DNA of 64,000 bases from Octopus vulgaris (Eukaryota): the NCBI GenBank assembly GCA_951406725.2, contig OX597816.1, forward strand, positions 132,060,001-132,124,000. The letters run 5' to 3'. Under the pieces are notes generated by a model. The model searched no databases. It was not told the origin of the DNA and saw nothing but the letters and a program-made list of their open reading frames with translations. Made by a program: the position numbers and the translations under genes. This document shows, piece after piece, positions 12,442-25,489 of the stretch. Within the stretch, counting starts at the first letter, position 1, and every line of letters starts with the position of its first letter.

Positions 12442-13384
12442 CTGTAAATTTTCTTAGGTTACTTTTCTCTGTTACAAAACCTTTGCCATACAGAATTATG
12501 ATATTCAGTTTAATTTAATATTCTTTCTTAAAATCAATATTTTAGCATTTATTCATCTATTTAAAAAGTGAACCAAACACACTTCTATTAAATTACAATC
12601 CATGGATTCATCTTATTGTAACAATAATACTGAGAGCTCCTTGCTACTATTGAGATGAATGTTAAGATTTTAAAGGAAATTGACATTTTGTTTTACTTCT
12701 ATTAACTATTAAATAAGTATTGTTTTTGTGACTGTTTGTTATTATACATCAACACAAATTGTTCCTGGTTATTTAGAAATATTTTAAACAAATGTTTTGA
12801 AATGGAAATTAGCAATAGAAAGGCTTCAAATATTATAGTTAAAGCATTCAGTGCCTCGTTGCAGGAAGTAAAATGAAGTTGCATTCATTGTTAGTTATTC
12901 ATCAATGAAGTCTTATATGAAACCCAATAATCAAATAGAAATGAGTACAGATGCAAACACAGGAAAGTGGACTTGAAAATAATTATGACACTGATGATGG
13001 TGAAGATATTAACCATATCAGTCCCTGTTTTAGAAAAGGTGTACTGTATCCATATGTCTTAAGAGTTAACTAAAAAGGTTGGTAACTAAGAAAAGAATTT
13101 ATCCTATAAAACAATACTTCAAATAACAGCTCACAAGATTAATTCCTGTTTTGATGTCAACAACACATATGCATGCATAAGGCAGAATGGCATTTCATCC
13201 AATTTTATGTTCTGGTTTCAAATTCCACCAAGGTCAACTTTGCTTTTCATCCTTTCAGAGTCGATAAAATAAGTACCAGTTAATTACTATGGTTAATGCA
13301 ATTGACTTAAACTTTCCCCTGAAATTGCTGGCCTTGTGCCAAAATCTGAAACCAGTATGCATGCATGCATACATACACATATAG

Positions 13385-13553
13385 ATGATGATGATGATAA
13401 TGATCATAATCATGATAGTGGTGGTGTTGGTGGTTGTGGTGGCGGCCGCAGTGGCGGTGGTGATGGTGGTGGTGGTAATGGTTGATGATGATGATGATGA
13501 TGATGAGGAGGAGGAGGAGGAGGAGGAGGAGGAGAAGGAGGAGGAGGAGGAGG
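13385..13553. repeat. Compound trinucleotide repeat (GAT)(GGT)(GGC)(GAT)(GAG)
   Basis: Directly visible; explains the poly-M/V/D/E ORFs. Confidence 0.93.
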
Positions 13554-13888
13554 ATATGCAATCAGAGAAAAACAAAAAAAGAGATTTATTCAAACTGCTT
13601 TCAGTAGCTTCTAGAGTGAAGCATTTCATTAGAGCAGAGAAGATAACATCAAATTAATCATTTATTCAATGTTTTCTTCTCTGACAAAGGGGTTCTCTAC
13701 AGAAACAATTTTGTAAGATAGATGGTTTGAATAAACCTTCATTGTTTTTCTCTGATTATGTAATCATTCTATGGATATCACAGCCACTATATCTACTATA
13801 TAGGATGAACTTCCAAGTGTAATGAATCATATTGAGTTTTAAATAAAGAGTTGTATCTTGTGCTTATATACACATCAATACCAAACAA

Positions 13889-13912
13889 TGTGTGTGTGCG
13901 TGCACATGTATG

Positions 13913-13946
<34 letters not shown>

Positions 13947-14277
13947 TGTATGTATGTATGTATGTATGTATGCATGCATGCATGCATGTATGTATGTATG
14001 TATGTATGTATGTATGTGTGTGTGTATGTATGTATGTATGTATGTATGTATGCATGCATGCATGTATGTATGTATGTATGTATGTATGCATGCATGTATG
14101 TATGTATGTATGTATGTATGTATGTATGCATGTATGTATGTATGTATGTGTGTGTATGTATGTATGTATGTATGTGTGTGTGTATGTATGTATGTATGTA
14201 TGTATGAATGTATGTGTGTGTGTGTGTGGATATGTGTGTATCTATGTGTGTAGGTGTGTGTGTGTGTGTGTGTATGT
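13889..14277. repeat. (TATG)n/(CATG)n/(TG)n microsatellite, ~390 bp
   Basis: Directly visible. Confidence 0.97.
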
Positions 14278-15989
14278 ACATTTTTTATGTTTACACTGAT
14301 TAATTGGTGTTATATTTATTTGGTGTTCTTCTGTGGTTTGTAACTTAGAAGTTCAATGACGAAATGCCAGACTACAATAAGCAATGGAGCTGGTAGGATT
14401 TACTGAAATCCATGAAACCAGTAAAAGACTAAAAGAATAATAGTCTATAAATCTTAGAAATTGTTTCAAATGCTTAGTGCCATTTTATCCATTCTTACAT
14501 TCTGATCTCAAATACCACTGAGGTCATCTTTGCCTTTCATCCTTTCAGGATCAATAAAATAGGTACCAGTTGTCAATGTAATCAACTCAACCCTCTCACA
14601 AAATTTCAGGCCTTGTGCCTATATTAGAAAGGATTATTATATAAATCTTTAAAGCAGTGAGCTGGCAAAATTATTAGCACCCCGGGAAAAATGCTTGGCG
14701 GCATTTTGTCCATCCTTATGTTCTAAGTTCAAATGCTGCCAGGTCAACTTTGCCTTTCATCCTTTTGGGGTCAGTAAAATAAAGTACCAGTTAGGCACTG
14801 GAGTTGATGTAATCAACAAGCACCTCCTCACAATCTTAAGGCTTTGTACCTATAGTAGAAAGGATTTATTTTATAAATTTCTAAAATTATTGATATATAG
14901 ATTATATGAATTCTTGTTGTGTAGATTGTGAGTTGATAACTTATTTTTGGTTTATACAATCTCTGGTGCTCTGATAGTAAAGGTATTGAACATTACTTTC
15001 CAAACAATGTAACTGTTACACAAATATTTTCTAGGTTATCTTTTCATTCAATATAATTACAATGGCAAAGTTCAGTAAGATCAAGAGGAAAAAGCAGTGG
15101 TGAAGTATTGTCAAATCAGACATATAAAGAATCCAGGAATGTGTTTTATGGCTGTTGGCTTTGCTAGAAGACTTATTTATTATAGTAACATTGAACTCCA
15201 TATCATGTATTCATTATCATACACTGAATGCTTTTCAAATAATTTCCAGTCTATGTATTTTATAAGTAATTCTATGGGAATAATTCTATTTACTGTAAAG
15301 CAAGACTCGTTGCCAGCTTGCAAAGGCAGCCATAGGAGTAGCTTATTTTGGTAGCATGTTGCTGTTGTTAACAATAGATCTGATCCAGCCAATGACCTAT
15401 GATCAAAAGCATTCCATATCGTGATCTTTGTATGTCAGAGACTATATTGTGTAATGCATCTTTCTTTATTCAAGATGGTAGGGTATGTAGTGAGAGAGAC
15501 TTAGTTGCTATTTCCAGCAGATTGAAAAACTATGTAGAGGTTCTCTCAGAGATTCATTGAAGTTGTTCTTGATGTTGTTGTTTAGACTCTGACTTGACAT
15601 GGTCAAAACTTTTGCAGCTATGATTATCTTGTCATTTTCTATATCAGAGACCCCATTATCATACACTTGTGCTTTATTTAAAATAGCGGGATGCAATTTA
15701 AGAGAGATTTGACTGCTATTACTTGCAGATTACATAACTATGTACAGACTCTTCATTTGCTCTTACTGTGTCATAGAAGTTAGAGGGTATTTGAAATTAT
15801 CTAATGGTTTGAGAGATACATTAAATTGATTAGTGTTAAGGGTCATTCTCCAGCCAACTCTGCCTTGATAGACATATGTATAACATCAACTCTGTGGGTA
15901 ACTTTCCTGAATTCGTACGTAGATTGGGGGTTACTCTATATACCCAGAAGAATTTTGTTAGTGCTTCGTTGTTACTTAATTTGTTCCTA

Positions 15990-18900
15990 GCTTTTCTTAA
16001 CACTCTTTTGAATGTGTCCTCAGGTGATAGGGTGGAGTAAAAATATGCTTTAATGCATGCATTTTACAGAAGTTCTTGAATTCATACTCAGAGAATTGCA
16101 TTCCATTATCAGAAACTAACATGTCTGGAACACTGTATCACACAAACAATTCATATAGGAACTTTATAGTTGTCTTAGCAGTTGGTTTCTTGCACCTGCA
16201 TACTTCTGGCCACTTTGTACAGCTGTCTACCATGATTGGATAGTAAGCACTATTCACTGATCCAGCATAGTTGATATGTAACCTAGACCATGGATTCTCA
16301 GTCTCTGGCCATGATTGATATTTTACCAGCAGGGCTTTAACCACAAGTGCACAACCTCAACAAGTTGTTACCAAATTTTCGTTATCCTAGTCCATAGTTA
16401 GCCAATGGACATAGCTCCTCATCAGAATTTTCATCCTTGACATTCCTGGGTGTCCACTGTGGAATTGTTGCAGTGCATGTTTTTGTAATGTAGTCAGTAT
16501 TACAACTCTTTGCACATACATCAGAATATCATTGCATATTGAGAAACTACTCAAATTTGTATTTTTATTCTGCTTATTTTTAAAGCTTCTTTCATTCTTG
16601 TAATATACTCATTGCCTACAGATTTCATTCTTATATCCTGTGCAGTCACTGACAGTTCTTGGATAACACTAGTCATAATACTCTTTATTTCATTTTCTGC
16701 TTGCAGTGTGGCTGTCACAGTATCTTCTAGTGGTTCTGTATTTTTGGGAATTGGTCTCGATAGACAGTCCACATGGCCAATTTTTTTTTTTTTTTTTATG
16801 GAATATACTGCATTTTGAAATTGTAATTTAATAATATTATACCCCAATATTGTAGCTGGTTCACTATATGGGTATCCCTTTCTTTGACCCATAAATTGAT
16901 AACAATGGTTAATGAACTGTTTGTAACTGTTTGTAACTTCTACCATGTAGAAACCTGTGAAATTTTTTTACAGCCAAGTAATCAATAGGGCTTCTTTTTC
17001 TATCTGACTGTATTTTTTCTCTGCTGCTATCTGCGAGTGCAAAACATGAATCATTGGTTTCGTACATTGGTTTCAATCTTTATACTTGTATAGCAAAACT
17101 GCTCCTATTCTATACTCTGAAGCATCAGATGCTTCCACAATGTCCATTTCAGAATCAAAATGTGCTAGGGGCAAATCTGCAATTAGAATTTTTTAAATTT
17201 CTTCAAATGTGTTTTGGCATTTAACTGACCAATTCCACTTTACTTCCTTTTTTAATAAGTTGTTCAATGGAACTCTTAATTTGTGCTTGTTAGGAATGCA
17301 GTTTTGGTAGTAGTTTGCCAGCCCAAGAAACGTTTGTAATGTTGGTATATTTGTCAGAGCAGGCATATTCTTTATTGCATCTGCCCTCGATGGGTCAGGC
17401 CATCTACCATCTTAATCAATTATTTACCCTAAGTGCCTAATTTAAGGCAAAAAGAATTCGCATTTTTCTTCATTCAAAGTGAATCCATACATAATTTTCT
17501 TGAACATGACTTTTATATGCTCCACATGCTGTTTGTGTGAATTACTCTGAATCAGTATATTGTCCAAATAAGGGATTGCAAATTTACAATCAGATAACAT
17601 AGCATCCACAATTTTCTGAAATATTGCTGGTGCAACCTTTAATCCAAAAGGTAACTGAGTATGTCCTCATTGTCAGATATTTATTGTCAGATACATTAAG
17701 CATTTGTCATTTACTTTAATCCGTAAATAAATGTCAGACAGATCCAATTTGGAGAAAATTTTTTCTACCATTTAATTTTTGTGAAAATGTCCTTTGGAGT
17801 TGGAAGGGATGGTAGCATGTCTTTAAGCAGTTGTTCAATCCTGTAGAGAAATTGGCACACAGCCTAATCTTCTTATTTTTCTTTTTAATGCACACCGTGG
17901 GCACTGCCAGATTAGAGTAATCCATCTTTTTGATGATTCCACTCTTTTCTGGCCTGTCCAACTCTTCATTTATGATTTCAATTGTTGTGAATGGTACTTT
18001 TCTATTAGATTTAAATACAGGCACAGCATTTTCACTTACTTGAAAACATGCTTCAATCATTTTACATAGACCCACATCCTCCAATAGTACTTGAAGAAAC
18101 ATCTTTTCAATTTTCTCTTCAATTCCTCAGATGATTTATTTTAATGGGACAACCATTTATGTTTTTGTAGTAGAGACTTATGGGGAGGTGCCATATGTCG
18201 AATAACTCCAACCAATCTGTACCAGACGGATTGATTGTATTCTCCACAATGAATATTTTTGTTTTGCCTGATTCTCCTCAAAATGAGAGGCCTGTACACA
18301 TTTCACCCATGAAATGTAATTTATTGCTTGTCATGCCACATTCAATTTTCGTTGTTTTAAGTAACCTCGGTTTCCCAATTTTTCTCCATGTATCTACATT
18401 TATGATTGAAATATCACTACCCATATTCAACTGTAGTTTAATATTTATACTATTTATTTTTACATGTACGAATTTTCATGTTTTTGTGTCACATTCACTT
18501 TCTGCTCAAAACGCATTAAGACCCTTTTGCATTCAACCCTCATAATCTTGTCCTGCAGTGTTGGCTCTTGTGAACAAGTTTTTGACAACTATAGCATTTT
18601 CGGTTTTTAAATGGACACTCTTTTCTGAAGTATAGGCATTTGTAACATGGACGGGGGTCTAGCATTCTTTTTTAGTTGTATTTTCTGAGTCGACACATCT
18701 GTATTTTTGCGGAATCTTTCTCTTGAATTTTTTTCACATCATGCTTCAGGCTTACCATTGTTTGACATTCTTCTGCAATGATCTTTAGAGTTAAGTCTTG
18801 GTTCACTTGCTCCATTTTTGAGAGAATAGTTTCTTGGAAACAAATCTCACTCGACTTTTTGAGCAATATAAAGTTACGGTAGCATTCATGTTCAGCTGGA

Positions 18901-19274
18901 ATTATCTTGCATAGTAATAGCCTCACTTTCTCCTCATCTGACCATGGCTTGCAATCTTGGTTAAAAATTTCCTCATACCTTCCATAGGGTACAGGAAATG
19001 TAATATCCTCCTCCAGATTATAAGTGAATTCAGAAATCAAGTTTGCCACACAATCTGGCATAAATGAATTTACCGAATTTTTGGACTTCCTTGGCTGTAA
19101 CTCAATTAACTGTTGTTGTTGTAATATTTGTTTCTGCAACTCCTGTAGTTGTTTCTGTTGTTTCTCTTGAAGCTGTATTACTGCAGCGAATAGGTTCTCT
19201 ATAATTTAACAATTTGTATGAGGCACAAATTGTCAAATAACCTATGTAAGCTTCGAAAAATCCTCATTGCCAAA
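15990..19274 (-). mobile_element. Degenerate Ty3/gypsy (Mag / K02A2.6-like) LTR retrotransposon internal region: gag, protease, RT, RNase H and part of integrase; 3' end missing
   Basis: gag-like ORF 18672-19139; QLNMGSDIS (decayed protease DTG); RKVPF..IRLCANFSTGLN and YLDNI (RT); SDASEYRIGAV (RNase H); GHPGM and PWSRLHINYAG..MVDSCTKWPEV (integrase); PBS-like ttTGGCAATGAGG next to the LTR. Confidence 0.92.
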
Positions 19275-19654
19275 TGTTATATCCTTATGCCTCCAATATT
19301 GTTGATATTGTTGATGATAGGTAAAGAATACACTGTAACAGTGTTATAACAATACAAAGTAGAAACAGCAGCAGTAACAAACATGCAACAAACCAACAAT
19401 CTTTTACAAACCAACAATCAATATCTCCAGTATACTAACCCAAACTGTGAACTGTACCTAGACTTTGAAGACCAAACCATGAACTGCTAACTATGTAAGA
19501 CTGCTACTATTTATATGTAGTGGCCCCATCTATTCTCATCAGAGGGTGTCATACGCTTACCACAACAATAACTCCTTCACTTTCATCAGCTTTGTAGCAA
19601 AATCTCCATCTTCATAGTTCAGTTGCACCATATGATTTATTACCTTATATAACA
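19275..19654 (-). mobile_element. 5' LTR (380 bp) of the gypsy element
   Basis: Terminal inverted repeat tgttatat...atataaca, immediately adjacent to the PBS-like site; TATA-like atataaata on the minus strand at ~19508-19516. Confidence 0.72.
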
Positions 19655-19659
19655 TGAAT

Positions 19660-20830
19660 ACTGCTAATTAACTATTGACTCTGCCCACTGTCAAGCCAAT
19701 GCTATTCACTGCATCTCTATCCTTCTGCCTTGCATCCACCCCATCATCAACCACCTTATCTTCCTTTCCCACCATCTTAACTCTTCCATACATCATCCTA
19801 CAGAACCTCTGTCTTCTCCACAGTGAGCTTGGCACTTCCCCTTAACATCTTACTTAACATCTCTGTTTCTTTATACAGTTGCAATTTGCTTTACATTTTA
19901 ACCCATAGTTCATTAATTCTTAACTTTGCCCAATCTGGCTCACTTGCTTGCTTCAGCTGTCATTACATACCTGTCACTTCATCTAGGATGTCACCAATCT
20001 AAACGACAAATTCATTCTTCCATGTCACAAACTGATTTGCTTGTACCACCAATAAACACTATTTACTGCTGTAGAAATTGGCTGACACTCAGCAATTTAT
20101 TTTTTGGTGGGGAACAGCTATTAGTCATCTGATGTAATAATTCCAGATCACTCCAACCTGTAGCTCATCACTTTAAATTCTTTAGGCCCCTCCTACCTGC
20201 ATCTCACTGGCTGTGGAGTTGTTTTATATCATAGATCTCCTGACTTTCATGGACAACAATTGATTTTTAAGTTAAACATGGCCTGTCCAGTATGGGTTAG
20301 TAATAATATTGACTTTCTCTAATAACACAGCTTTGCTTCCATACATCATACATTGATAAATCCTTAATATGAATATTTCTTCCCATCTCCACACTTACAC
20401 ACCTATGCAGGTGCTATCCATCTATTACACATACATACTATTATTTGTTCACACTGCCAGCACAGCAGCACACTATATCACCCTCCTCTACTTTCCAGAA
20501 CACACACACACATACCTATACACACTCACAAACATATGCACAGATTTTCATGCATGAACACATAGCCTACTTATCTATCCCCATCCCAACTGTCATTTTA
20601 GCTGTAAAACACCATTTGACACACTTTTGTTATATCCATTTCTATTTTCCATCCACTCCTTTTGTCCTGTATTTTCTTTTTTAATTTCCCTGATAAAGGA
20701 CCACTTTCCAAAACTTTGAATTCCCTGTTTCTTCCTCGGTGTAAATATATACTTTGTACACTTGCGTATTGTTTGGTTTTTGCTTTTGTTTTTCCTCAAG
20801 ACTTTTGTAAATTTATTATGACTGTGTGTA
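19660..20830 (+). mobile_element. Highly degenerate Penelope-like element: RT/GIY-YIG linker, GIY-YIG C-terminus and 3' terminal repeat with a hammerhead remnant
   Basis: Fragmentary translations FACTT/NTIYC, QPVAHHF and QQLIFKLN match the Penelope pattern FTC..N.IYC, PVA.HF, E..LIFKL.T..P.GLN; ctgataaaggaccactttccaaaac at 20690-20714. Confidence 0.65.
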
Positions 20831-20873
20831 CAAGTAAACTGCACTATTTCAACATATCTTGTAATTAATTTAC

Positions 20874-21119
20874 TATTTATCCTTCATTTCTTCTTGCTTG
20901 TTCTTTGTTGAAACTAAATGTCTCTCTATAGCAAAACATGTTAATTCAGTCTTTGAAATATTTTCTTGTTTTCTTGTTGAGAAAAATGCATTCAACTTCC
21001 AGTAAATGGGGTTCTGACTGTTGTTCTTATCTAAGTTGACTGTACAGGCTATGAATTCATGGCCCATGTAGTAAGCTACTTGAAACTGTTGATCCTTCAC
21101 ACAATATCTATTGGTTAAC
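20874..21119 (-). CDS. Candidate internal coding exon of an unidentified gene (LTNRYCVKDQQFQVAYYMGHEFIACTVNLDKNNSQNPIYWKLNAFFSTRKQENISKTELTCFAIERHLVSTKNKQEEMKDK)
   Basis: ttttatcAG acceptor, GTAAAT donor, 246 nt phase 2-2, fully open, in unique sequence. Confidence 0.4.
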
Positions 21120-22283
21120 CTGATAAAAACCCTCTCTTACTATAATACAACGTAAATGAGCCATGGCAATTTGTTTAATTTAGCACAATATTTGATAAAT
21201 ATTCTGGCTATGGTTATCCTAATTTTGATTTTAAAGGTGACATGGCAACTAAATTGTTCACATTATTGCTGTTGTTGGTGTTGTTGTTGATGATGAAGAT
21301 GATGTTAAGTCATAGCTCAGCCTACATTGAGGAAACCTATTATTAAAGGCAATTTCATCTATGACCATCCCTTCTATGCACAAGCCAATGAATGTATCTA
21401 AAATCAATATACAATTCCTTTTTTAAAGACAGTAAGGTGTAATTTGATGGAAATTTAGCAGCTGTTTCTAGCAGGTCATGTAACAATATAAAGGCTCACT
21501 TCTTTGGTTTAAAATCAATCAGGTTGTGTGTTTATGTGGAAACTGTCTTATATGAGGCACCTGTTTAATTTGTTTTATATATGAATAAAAATATATTAAA
21601 AAGACAAAACTATAAAGAGATGGATTAAATATTCATAAAGCAAAATCATACATCAGGCATCTTGTAATTATTGTAAAAGCTTTTTCTAATATGTTTTAAT
21701 TACTTTTCTAATGAAAAGACATGTCAGATGAGTGAGTTAGTGGATTTGAGACTAGAATCAATGTCGCCAGTATGTTATCTCAGCAGATTTGGTAAAACCC
21801 ATACTTTCTGACTCATTGATTTTTGAGATTTTTTTTACATCATTCACTTTTATTTTTAATTCAGTTCTTCCTATTATTTATTCAACCATGGAATTGTTAA
21901 TAATTAAGTAGCAGTATAAATATTTTTTTTCTGTTTAATTCAATTCAATGCTGTTCTTATTTACAAGGGTAAGTCAAAAACTATAAGCACTCTTGTTTCT
22001 GTAATTTATTAAAATGAAAGCAGGAGTTGAACAATTATATCATTTGGACGTATTTCTTCTAGCAATCCACAAGCTTGCTTATTCTATGGGAGAAGGAGGT
22101 TTTCAGCTGGTTGTGCAGCGGTTTATGCACCACTTCCTTGTCCATAGCAAATTGACAACAGTGTAAAGGATATTTGAGCAGTCCACAGAGGTGATAGTTG
22201 AGGGAGATCTGACAACTATTTCTAACAGGTTGAGCTACTACACAGAGGCTACTCATGTTGACTCGATCATGCAATATAATTGG

Positions 22284-22480
22284 TCAGGATGATCTCAATA
22301 ATTTACTGAGAGAAGCTGGTGAATATCCAAAGAGGAAAGTTTTACCTTCAAGAGGACATTGAGGTAATACAGATGATGCACAAAAATTTTTCTTCAGGGA
22401 ATGGGCTTGCAAGGACCATGCAAAGTCATCAGAGATGTGGAGGCCAGGGAACATGACTAGTTTAATACCATCCATATTAT
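22284..22480 (-). mobile_element. Rex1/Babar (L2-group) LINE fragment
   Basis: FPGLHISDDFAWSLQAHSL resembles the FLGVHITDDLTWS.H post-RT motif. Confidence 0.55.
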
Positions 22481-23446
22481 CATCATGTAGTCAGGTTTCA
22501 TCAAATGCCTGGTGTTCACAATAAGCTTCTTGGTTTTTCATTCAAGTAACTTAATTTGAAAGTATGCATTCTTATGGAGTATTTTACAGTGTGTGTCCTG
22601 CTTTTAGAATAGGTACATCCTATGTCAGCATGACTCAGAAGTAAGTAAAGGGATTGATCACAGAAAGGGCATCTAGTTGTAAAACACAGATAAACCATCT
22701 GACAAATGCTAGCATGGAAAAGCAGACATCTGATGTTGGTAATGTACTCTTATAGCCTGATAGCTTTTTCTGTTTGTGCAATCAAATATTTATTAACTGC
22801 TTATATATCTACCCATAGTCATACAATAATGAAAATAGAAAGAAAAATCATTAACCCTTCATTAGCATATTTATATGGAAATGTGCTACCTTTGTTTCAT
22901 TTAATTTTGAAAAATAATGGAGAATTTACTAAAATAACTTTTTCATTATTAAGCTAGTGTTTGGAACATAGATTAACATAAAATTTTGATGAAAGATCTT
23001 AATTTAAAATACTTTAAAAAAGCAAGTTTGTATCCTAAAACTAAAGGCGGTCTTGGGCTGGTTGGCATCAATGAAAAAAACGATTAATGATTGATTCTGG
23101 TCAGGAAAGGCAAAGGAGACTATCCCCAAATCCAAATAATTAAATACACAATGGGGAAATGCAGTGAGAAATTAATCTGGTATTTGGTTAATAATAGTGA
23201 GAACTCTGGACATGCTTTAGTCTCATTAGTCCTTCTTAGTGAAACAGTCTTACTTACAATAGCCAGATCCTAGATGGCAGACACACACACACACACACCT
23301 ACAATACAATGCAATTCAGTACATATGTATATACATACATTTATTTCATTTATTTATATTTATTTAAAACTGCTGTTTTCCACATATACAGGCTTGTCCT
23401 TTCAAGTATCGGTGCCACATAAAAAGCACCCATATATATATATATA

Positions 23447-23629
23447 TTAAAAATGGGGAAGGCTAGTTTATAGGATTACTTTAGGTTTCCTGTCCATAAA
23501 GGGTTTAGCTTTATAGTATATCGTCAGATCCCAACAGGTTTTTAGGATCTGAAGAAATGCCATAATGCTAATCTCTTTATGGATGGGAAACCTAAGGTAA
23601 TCCCATAAACTGGCCTTCCCCATTTTTAA
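23447..23629. mobile_element. Foldback MITE (~183 bp) inserted in (TA)n
   Basis: ttaaaaatggggaaggctagtttataggattac... pairs with ...gtaatcccataaactggccttccccatttttaa over nearly the whole length. Confidence 0.85.
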
Positions 23630-23694
23630 TATATATATATATATATACACATACATATATATATATACATACTCATACACACATATATGCATCA

Positions 23695-23860
23695 CTATCA
23701 TTTAATGTTCATTTTCCATGCTGGCATGAGTTGAATGGTTTGACAGGAGCTGACCAACTGAAGGGCTGTTCTCTGTCTGGGCATGGTTTCTGTGGCTGGA
23801 TGCCTTTCCTAACACCAACCACTTTACAGAGTATACCGGATGCTTTTACGCAACACCACA
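23695..23860 (-). mobile_element. SINE family 3, 3' part (same family as 50674-51098)
   Basis: Reverse complement of gtggttggcgttaggaagggcatccagcc...cccatgctagcatggaaaa...gatgatg. Confidence 0.75.
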
Positions 23861-24266
23861 TGTATACACATGATGGTAGTATTTTGTAGTCTGAGAAAGA
23901 CAGTTCTGTAATTTCTTACTGAATTCTCTGCACAAATGATTTGTTTATAATGATTAAATGTTTGTGCTATAAAATTAGCTCACTCCCTCCATCAAATTGA
24001 TGTTGTTTCAACAGGTGCACTGTGTATCACACATCAGGTGTCAAAGTAATCTCAAAGCAATACGAGATGAAGTGATTTGCTGAAGAATACAATGCACCAT
24101 CTGGTCTAGGAATTGAAACCGTGACTGCGAGATCATGGGTATAAAGAATGCACTAGGTATTTTATGAAGACAACTTTACAACTGTAATGGGCTATAAGTG
24201 GAAGACAATCTAACATAATGTTATGTGTCATGCACCAAATTTTAACTTTCTCATTTCTTTTTCAGA

Positions 24267-24960
24267 TGTATTGACACCAACATAGAAAATTCCAATAAAA
24301 AGCCACATAGTACCAATCACAGTGATTTGTAGTTGGGAAAGAGCTCTGGTAGGGATGTGTCATTAATGGCTAACAGTCGGAAATATTGTCAGTGATCAGA
24401 CTTCTTCAAGATGGCAGTTTGTCCAGCAGGTCCAGGACATTATCAAGAATCCCAGCTGGTCCATCACTAGGGGATGGGGGAGGGGCTCAAAATGGTAGAG
24501 TTCACTATCAGTTGTGTGGTACAGGAGGAGGAGGATATCAAGTACAAGCCCTACACAATCAAGAGAAAGATGTTCATGACTGGCAAGATCTGACAGAACA
24601 ACATAATTCAATTGAAGCAGTTGCTAAACAAGTTGAAGCACCTTGAGAAACCTGTCAAGCTCTAGTTCTTCACCAATGAGAACTTCTAAAAAGACCAGAA
24701 AGTGAACAAAAGGAACAACACATTGCTTCACTAGACTCCAAAGATTCTCATCAAGTTCTCATCATCTCTAATGGTCCTGGGCCCATGCGCATCAAAGACC
24801 ATATTATGCTGCTTCATTTTTCTTGTAGGACTTCCGGTTCAATACCCTCATTTGCATTTGGGTACCAAAAGCAGTTCACAGGTTACTGGATCTAAGTTTA
24901 GCTAAGTCAGATGAAAATAATCAAAACCAATTTGGGTTGCATTGAGGTTTATTTAAAATT
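24267..24960 (+). mobile_element. Degenerate Tc1/mariner-superfamily (maT/DD37D-like) transposase remnant
   Basis: Frameshifted segments QFVQQVQDII.NPSWSI, EFTISCVVQEEEDIKYKPY, LLNKLKHLEKPVKL*FFTNE-NF*KDQKVNKRN, HIMLLHF. Confidence 0.75.
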
Positions 24961-25489
24961 GCCAGTAACAAGAGCCTAGATCGTTTTGCTTGCATGTGTA
25001 CATATATATGCTAAAGGTATCCATTAATCTTTTGAGACTATGAATCTGCACCCGAAAAATCTTTTGATCTTGTTGGCAGAGTAATGTCTATTGTGAATGT
25101 AAGGACCGACATGTGAGTGACAGACTTATCTAATTTAAAAAAAAACTCTTGTCTGTTTGAAACTCCAGCAGAAGCAACTACCAGCAACATTCTCCCACCT
25201 TTCAGCGTCTATATATGCATTCATACATACACATATATATGTACATGTGTGTATACACCCTCCATTTTCGCTGACTGCATCATACAGTCAGATAATCAGC
25301 TGACTGACAAATGTTAACAGGCCCATTTCATTAACTGGAAACCCAAGGTATTGACCTGAGTTTACTGGCTGTAACTTATATTGATGATGATGATAATGAT
25401 GATGAAAATGAAGATAAAGATGATGGAGACATAATAAGATATTTTGAGATATATACATTAAAAAATATTTTTTTTCCTGCCAGAACACA

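Noticed and set aside
13385-13657. Acidic low-complexity ORF (poly-V/D/E then KNKKRDLFK)
   Set aside because: It is a compound trinucleotide microsatellite directly behind a SINE tail, with no splice or homology support.
24241-24646. Strong splice acceptor at 24266 and ORF 24386-24646 as a host exon
   Set aside because: Other frames show Tc1/mariner transposase motifs, so the listed ORF is an off-frame reading of a decayed transposon.
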